A stretch of 64,000 nt of DNA, from sequence record NC_010324.1, one strand, 5' to 3'. Below, piece by piece: positions 60,111 to 64,000 of the stretch; positions within the stretch are counted from its first letter, which is position 1; each line of letters starts with the position of its first letter. The position numbers and the translations under genes are program-made. This DNA is from Escherichia phage phiEco32. The notes under the pieces were generated by a model. The model had not been told where the DNA came from. It saw only the letters and a program-made list of their open reading frames with translations, and made no database searches.

Positions 60111-61310
60111 TTATTTTCCTAAAAATAATCCGCTCATAATACCATCCCACTCAGAGGACGGAATCACTGAATACTCCGAACTTTGGTCCAGAGTTCCGCT
60201 ACTGAATCGCTGAACAATATTATAAATATTGAACATATCTTTAGTCTCAGCGCGATAAGCGTAGACTAATCTGTCAGCTGTTCTTTCATCTTTAGATACC
60301 CGACGAGCAAAGGTAACCAGAAGGTTGTCACCTTTGAGTATTTCTGACTCATCTTTTACTAGATCAGGGTGCATAACCGGCAAGAACATTGAGTTGTTCA
60401 CTCGTAACTCTGCTGTTTCATCATTCTCATAATGAATCCACTTAAAGTCTTCATCACGGAAATGACCACACCCATCTCTATATGACTGTTGACGCCAAGG
60501 AACTTGAAATGCTTCAGCGTATTTATCAGCCATGCCGACTGTAAATAGTGACGCTGGGAAAATACAAGCATCCCAATCATTACCAACCAGAGTTGCTTTC
60601 GTTTCCCCTAAGAGGTTAGTGTAAGTGCTAACCATTCGTGAGTAAACATAAGCCTGAAGGATTGTCCAGCCCTCAACCAACCATTTATGAAGGAAGGTTT
60701 CAACTTGACTCTCCTCATCTTCACAATAGAAGGTTCGGTCTAACATTAAATAGAACAGACAACGATCAGCAGGAATGTTCTCAGTTGCTACCCCCATAAA
60801 ACCTTTATCGTGCCAGCGTAAACAGGAGGGACGACCTTTGTCCACAAATGCTTCCATAGCTTCCAGTACAGCACGAGGTGTGGTTCGATGTTCAGGGTTT
60901 TTGTCGTTCCAACGTTCAATGTTATTCTTGGGAGGTGTGTCTTCATCTTCATACGAACACCAACTTAAAGCTTCAGCTACATGCTTTTCATCACGCCAAC
61001 GTCTAAAACCTAACATCTTCATATGAGTTCCAGAGTTCCAGATATGCTTGATTTTACACATATCCATCTCTCGGCTTAACCGGAACTCTTCTCCATCAGC
61101 ACTACGAACGTTAGCTTCTTCATGCCACACTCGAACGTGCATATTCCACCCATGAGTTGCCTCATAAGTGTTAGGTTCAAAATATTCATCATACTCTTCA
61201 TCGTCTTCATCAACGCCGCCATTATAGTTGCGAAGTTGAAGGAATCCATAACAAGGAGGACTAACCGTTAAAACATTACCTTCAGTATCTTCTAATGTTA
61301 CTGGAAACAT
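60111..61310 (-). CDS. hypothetical protein in amidoligase cluster (399 aa)
   Basis: ORF track. Confidence 0.5.
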   Translation of the reverse strand: MFPVTLEDTEGNVLTVSPPCYGFLQLRNYNGGVDEDDEEYDEYFEPNTYEATHGWNMHVRVWHEEANVRSADGEEFRLSREMDMCKIKHIWNSGTHMKMLGFRRWRDEKHVAEALSWCSYEDEDTPPKNNIERWNDKNPEHRTTPRAVLEAMEAFVDKGRPSCLRWHDKGFMGVATENIPADRCLFYLMLDRTFYCEDEESQVETFLHKWLVEGWTILQAYVYSRMVSTYTNLLGETKATLVGNDWDACIFPASLFTVGMADKYAEAFQVPWRQQSYRDGCGHFRDEDFKWIHYENDETAELRVNNSMFLPVMHPDLVKDESEILKGDNLLVTFARRVSKDERTADRLVYAYRAETKDMFNIYNIVQRFSSGTLDQSSEYSVIPSSEWDGIMSGLFLGK

Positions 61311-61321
61311 TATACCAACCT

Positions 61322-61684
61322 CTATTGGTTTTTAATCAACTCAATCGATTTACGGATATAAAGAATATCTCGGAAGTTTCGATAGTTGTTCATAAATTGA
61401 TGCTTCTGGAACTCAGCTTCTTCCAGAGCTTTCTTTGCTTCTGCGTAGTTTTTACGGGCAAGATGTACAACCCGCTCTGGTAACACGTTTGCACGATGGA
61501 TTAGATACTTATGAGCTTTCATGTTACTTTGCTCACGAGCAATCTTACCTTTAGCAACCTTGATACCATTTGCAATCCAAGCAAGTTCTTGCTCAAGCTC
61601 ATCGTTGGACATTCCACCGAGGTTTGATGCAACCTTGTTCAGAGTTTCAATATTAACGTTGCCCTTGATGGGACGTGTATTCAT
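61322..61684 (-). CDS. hypothetical protein (120 aa)
   Basis: ORF track. Confidence 0.5.
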   Translation of the reverse strand: MNTRPIKGNVNIETLNKVASNLGGMSNDELEQELAWIANGIKVAKGKIAREQSNMKAHKYLIHRANVLPERVVHLARKNYAEAKKALEEAEFQKHQFMNNYRNFRDILYIRKSIELIKNQ

Positions 61685-61686
61685 AC

Positions 61687-61839
61687 TTACTCCTGTTGTT
61701 TACACTCGTCAATAACCCACTGATAAGTGGATTGCCCAGAAAAGAAACACTGAATAAATCCAGATGTTCTCTGCGTTACCAGTGCTAGTGCACAAATCAC
61801 TACCGCTGCTGCTAGCAGTTTTAAATCTAATTTAGACAT
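61687..61839 (-). CDS. small protein with hydrophobic N-terminus (50 aa)
   Basis: Not in the ORF track; MSKLDLKLLAAAVVICALALV...; SD AGAGGAA. Confidence 0.35.
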   Translation of the reverse strand: MSKLDLKLLAAAVVICALALVTQRTSGFIQCFFSGQSTYQWVIDECKQQE

Positions 61840-61858
61840 ATTTCCTCTCGTTGGATTT

Positions 61859-61883
61859 AAAAAAGGACTCTCCGAAAAGAGTC
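61859..61883 (-). terminator. rho-independent terminator (minus strand): gacucu-6nt loop-agaguc followed by UUUUUU
   Basis: Perfect 6-bp stem; A-run on the plus strand gives a U-run on the minus transcript. Confidence 0.45.
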
Positions 61884-61917
61884 AAGCTTTAAATACAAAA
61901 AGATATTACCCAATATC

Positions 61918-61926
61918 TGTGGATAA
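61918..61926. promoter_or_regulatory. DnaA-box-like 9-mer TGTGGATAA next to inverted repeat GATATT..AATATC
   Basis: Exact reverse complement of the TTATCCACA consensus in a 235-bp intergenic region. Confidence 0.3.
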
Positions 61927-62074
61927 CCTGCTCTTAAAATATCTATCCGACGGATGTTCGAGGAGTGTTCCTCTCCCTAGCATCGGCCCCATACGGGAAA
62001 TATATTAAGATTAGGTTAGTTGAGTCAGAATAACTCACATAGCCCTCCGAAGAAGGCTATAGGCGTTACTACAA

Positions 62075-62290
62075 CTAAAAATCACTTGATTTTACAAAAT
62101 CATCACTAAGGATTTCGTCAATTTCTTTGTTAGTCAAATCTTTCCTGAACCAACAACAAGGTACATCCACCCATTGACCAGAGTTATTTTCTACAGAGCA
62201 TCTATTGCCTGTCTTACTCTTGCACTTATAGGTCTTACCTTTGTCTAGACGATAGTGTATTCTATAAACGATCGACACAAGTGTTATCAT
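62075..62290 (-). CDS. small Cys-rich protein (71 aa)
   Basis: ORF track. Confidence 0.45.
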   Translation of the reverse strand: MITLVSIVYRIHYRLDKGKTYKCKSKTGNRCSVENNSGQWVDVPCCWFRKDLTNKEIDEILSDDFVKSSDF

Positions 62291-62754
62291 TACTCTACCC
62301 TAACTGAAGGACAGTATTTCTCTTTCTTGCTACGATACATCACAACAATCCAGTTTGAATCACGACGCTCTTTCTTACGTCGTTTCTTTTCAGCACGAGT
62401 TTCATATGTGCTAGTTCGGTGGTCACGGTATATTCCACGAAGTTCATAAAATGCCCAACCACCACCAAACACTACACCAGCCAAAGCAGCCAAAGATAAG
62501 GCACCAAGAGCAGGGGCAGTGAACCATGTCCACCAATTGAATGACAAAAAATTCTCATGTCCAAGGAAAGAGCCACCAATCATGGACAGTGCAGCGTATA
62601 CAACCCCTAACAGCAGCGTCAGTGCAATGAAGTGCATCACTGTACGCCAGAAGTATTCGCAAAAGTTAGTCATATTATCCCAATGAGAGTTGGGTAAACC
62701 TGACATGGTTTTGTTGAACTTATGCAACCATCCGTTCTTGTTAATCTTGATCAT
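62290..62754 (-). CDS. membrane protein (2-3 TM) with highly basic C-terminal tail
   Basis: Hydrophobic helices FIALTLLLGVVYAALSMIGG and APALGALSLAALAGVVFGGGWAF, then KKRRKKERR. Confidence 0.5.
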   Translation of the reverse strand: MIKINKNGWLHKFNKTMSGLPNSHWDNMTNFCEYFWRTVMHFIALTLLLGVVYAALSMIGGSFLGHENFLSFNWWTWFTAPALGALSLAALAGVVFGGGWAFYELRGIYRDHRTSTYETRAEKKRRKKERRDSNWIVVMYRSKKEKYCPSVRVE

Positions 62755-62987
62755 TACTCACCTTTCTTGGCACGATCTTTGGCAGTTTTGCCAGTGCGGA
62801 TGCGATGAGAAACGTTAACCAGAGTGCCACCATCAACTACGGTAACGCTCTTGTTTTTAGCCAGATCGAACACAGTTTTCTCCGTGCCACCCAAGCGAAT
62901 TTGCTTAGGTTCGCTGAAGGTTTGGGTTGATTTAGATTGGAACTGAAACGGTTGACGGATTGCATCAATTGCACTTACTTTAGACAT
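62754..62987 (-). CDS. hypothetical protein (77 aa)
   Basis: ORF track. Confidence 0.45.
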   Translation of the reverse strand: MSKVSAIDAIRQPFQFQSKSTQTFSEPKQIRLGGTEKTVFDLAKNKSVTVVDGGTLVNVSHRIRTGKTAKDRAKKGE

Positions 62988-63015
62988 AGTGGAAATTCCT
63001 TAAAAAGTTATGGCT

Positions 63016-63037
63016 GCGTAGAGGGAATTCCCTACGC
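63016..63037. repeat. near-perfect palindrome gcgtag(a)ggg-AATT-ccctacgc
   Basis: Centred on GGGAATTCCC; in a 231-bp intergenic region downstream (minus sense) of the three-paralog array. Confidence 0.45.
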
Positions 63038-63218
63038 AAATTGGGCCGCCTAAAAAGAGGCGTCATAGTACTAAAAGGAGGAGAGAAGAGGGCTTATTTA
63101 GCTACCTTTTTCTGTCCGTTTACGAACCAGATAATTGAACCATCAGGCTGTCGTTGACCGAAGCCTTTCTGGTTAATCATATCGTCATAAGAATATGCTT
63201 TACGTCTCATTTGTTTTC

Positions 63219-63473
63219 CTACGAAGTTAAGATGATTTCAGCCTTAATAAACTTCTCACCAACAACCATATCACCAGAGATGACACGTAGTTCTCCAGTG
63301 CCTAGGTTAACAGCTCCAGCAGGTTGACAACCCCTGCTTTTAGCTGTCATCATATAAACCTTTTGATTCTGGCACTCTTGGAGAGTGAACACATCTGACA
63401 TATTTAGATCTCTGACACGGAGGATTTTTTCCTCTTTGTCTTTAACTTTAATGTTAATAATGCTCATATGCAC
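63219..63473 (-). CDS. small protein, member 3 of a second tandem three-paralog array
   Basis: 84 aa; shares N-terminal MK(I)..KK.. and a V(N)L.TG.L central motif with the two neighbours. Confidence 0.5.
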   Translation of the reverse strand: MHMSIINIKVKDKEEKILRVRDLNMSDVFTLQECQNQKVYMMTAKSRGCQPAGAVNLGTGELRVISGDMVVGEKFIKAEIILTS

Positions 63474-63718
63474 TACTCCTGAACCACTGACATACGAATC
63501 ATTTCTACCTGATCGTCAAGACCTTTAACAGATAACATACCTGTGGAAAGGTTTACCACAGGAACCCAACCACTGGCTATACGGATGTTACCAGAAGCAT
63601 TTTCAACCCTCATGTAATATTGAGGAGAAGCACTTCCGTTCTGAACCACGAAAGGATTTCCAGGAATAATTGTTTCCAACTTTACCGTATTATCCTTTTT
63701 CTTTGGGATGATTTTCAT
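63473..63718 (-). CDS. small protein, member 2 of the second tandem array
   Basis: 81 aa; one-nucleotide start/stop overlaps with neighbours. Confidence 0.5.
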   Translation of the reverse strand: MKIIPKKKDNTVKLETIIPGNPFVVQNGSASPQYYMRVENASGNIRIASGWVPVVNLSTGMLSVKGLDDQVEMIRMSVVQE

Positions 63719-63966
63719 TATGTGTTATCCACCAAAAGTTCTGCCGACACAGGAATAACTCGACAATAAATAGAAGGTGCTGTTACATTGCCATCAGACA
63801 GACGAAGAGTGATTGATCTGTCAGAGTTGATAGTAACGTTTGGACTTGCAGACACAGACCCTTTGACATACAGGGTTGCATTGTCAGGAAACTTAAACAC
63901 AGCTCCGCTGGGAAGTGAGTTGAGATCAACTGTAGTCACTTCTTCTTTCTTGTGAGTAATCTTCAT
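63718..63966 (-). CDS. small protein, member 1 of the second tandem array
   Basis: 82 aa. Confidence 0.5.
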   Translation of the reverse strand: MKITHKKEEVTTVDLNSLPSGAVFKFPDNATLYVKGSVSASPNVTINSDRSITLRLSDGNVTAPSIYCRVIPVSAELLVDNT

Positions 63967-64000
63967 ATTATTTACCCTGAATAATAAGTTTAGATTCGAA

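Overview
This window reads as a dense slice of a tailed-phage genome (podovirus-like: no sheath or tube genes seen), split into two convergent modules. Everything below is from reading the sequence and the ORF track by eye; no searches were run, so homology calls rest on motifs I recognise and coordinates of elements not in the ORF track may be off by 1-2 nt. (1) 1-30.5 kb, plus strand, late/structural: left-end repeat elements and small acidic ORFs, small and large terminase, portal, scaffold, major capsid followed by an Ig-like ORF in the -1 frame behind a G_GGA_AAG slippery site, tail fibers (one with a C-terminal self-cleaving chaperone domain), a T4-lysozyme-like endolysin, Big_2-rich tail protein, SLT transglycosylase, Q/N-rich proteins and a 1474-aa internal virion protein. 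(2) 30.5-64 kb, minus strand, early/middle: two HNH homing endonucleases, 5'-3' exonuclease, P-loop kinase, SLOG and macro domain proteins, a phage sigma factor, overlapping spanins, SSB, HAD phosphatase, a family-A DNA polymerase whose exonuclease and polymerase domains are separate genes about 8 kb apart, primase-helicase, PhoH, a divergent ThyX, thioredoxin, a Dps-like ferritin, dCTP-deaminase-like and CCA-enzyme-like proteins, three tandem small-paralog arrays, and a ~9.4 kb cluster of amide-bond-forming enzymes. The two modules meet at a bidirectional terminator near 30.5 kb. The most interesting candidate system is that enzyme cluster (51930-61310): glutamine-synthetase-like amidoligase, a second carboxylate-amine ligase, ATP-grasp ligase, a class-II glutamine amidotransferase that appears to start at a non-AUG codon, and a gamma-glutamyl cyclotransferase; its target (DNA base, protein or metabolite) is unknown. 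The sigma factor plus a recurring TAATGTATA motif upstream of several genes resembles what I recall of phiEco32-like coliphages, but that is from memory and unverified. No CRISPR array, rRNA or convincing tRNA was seen by eye.
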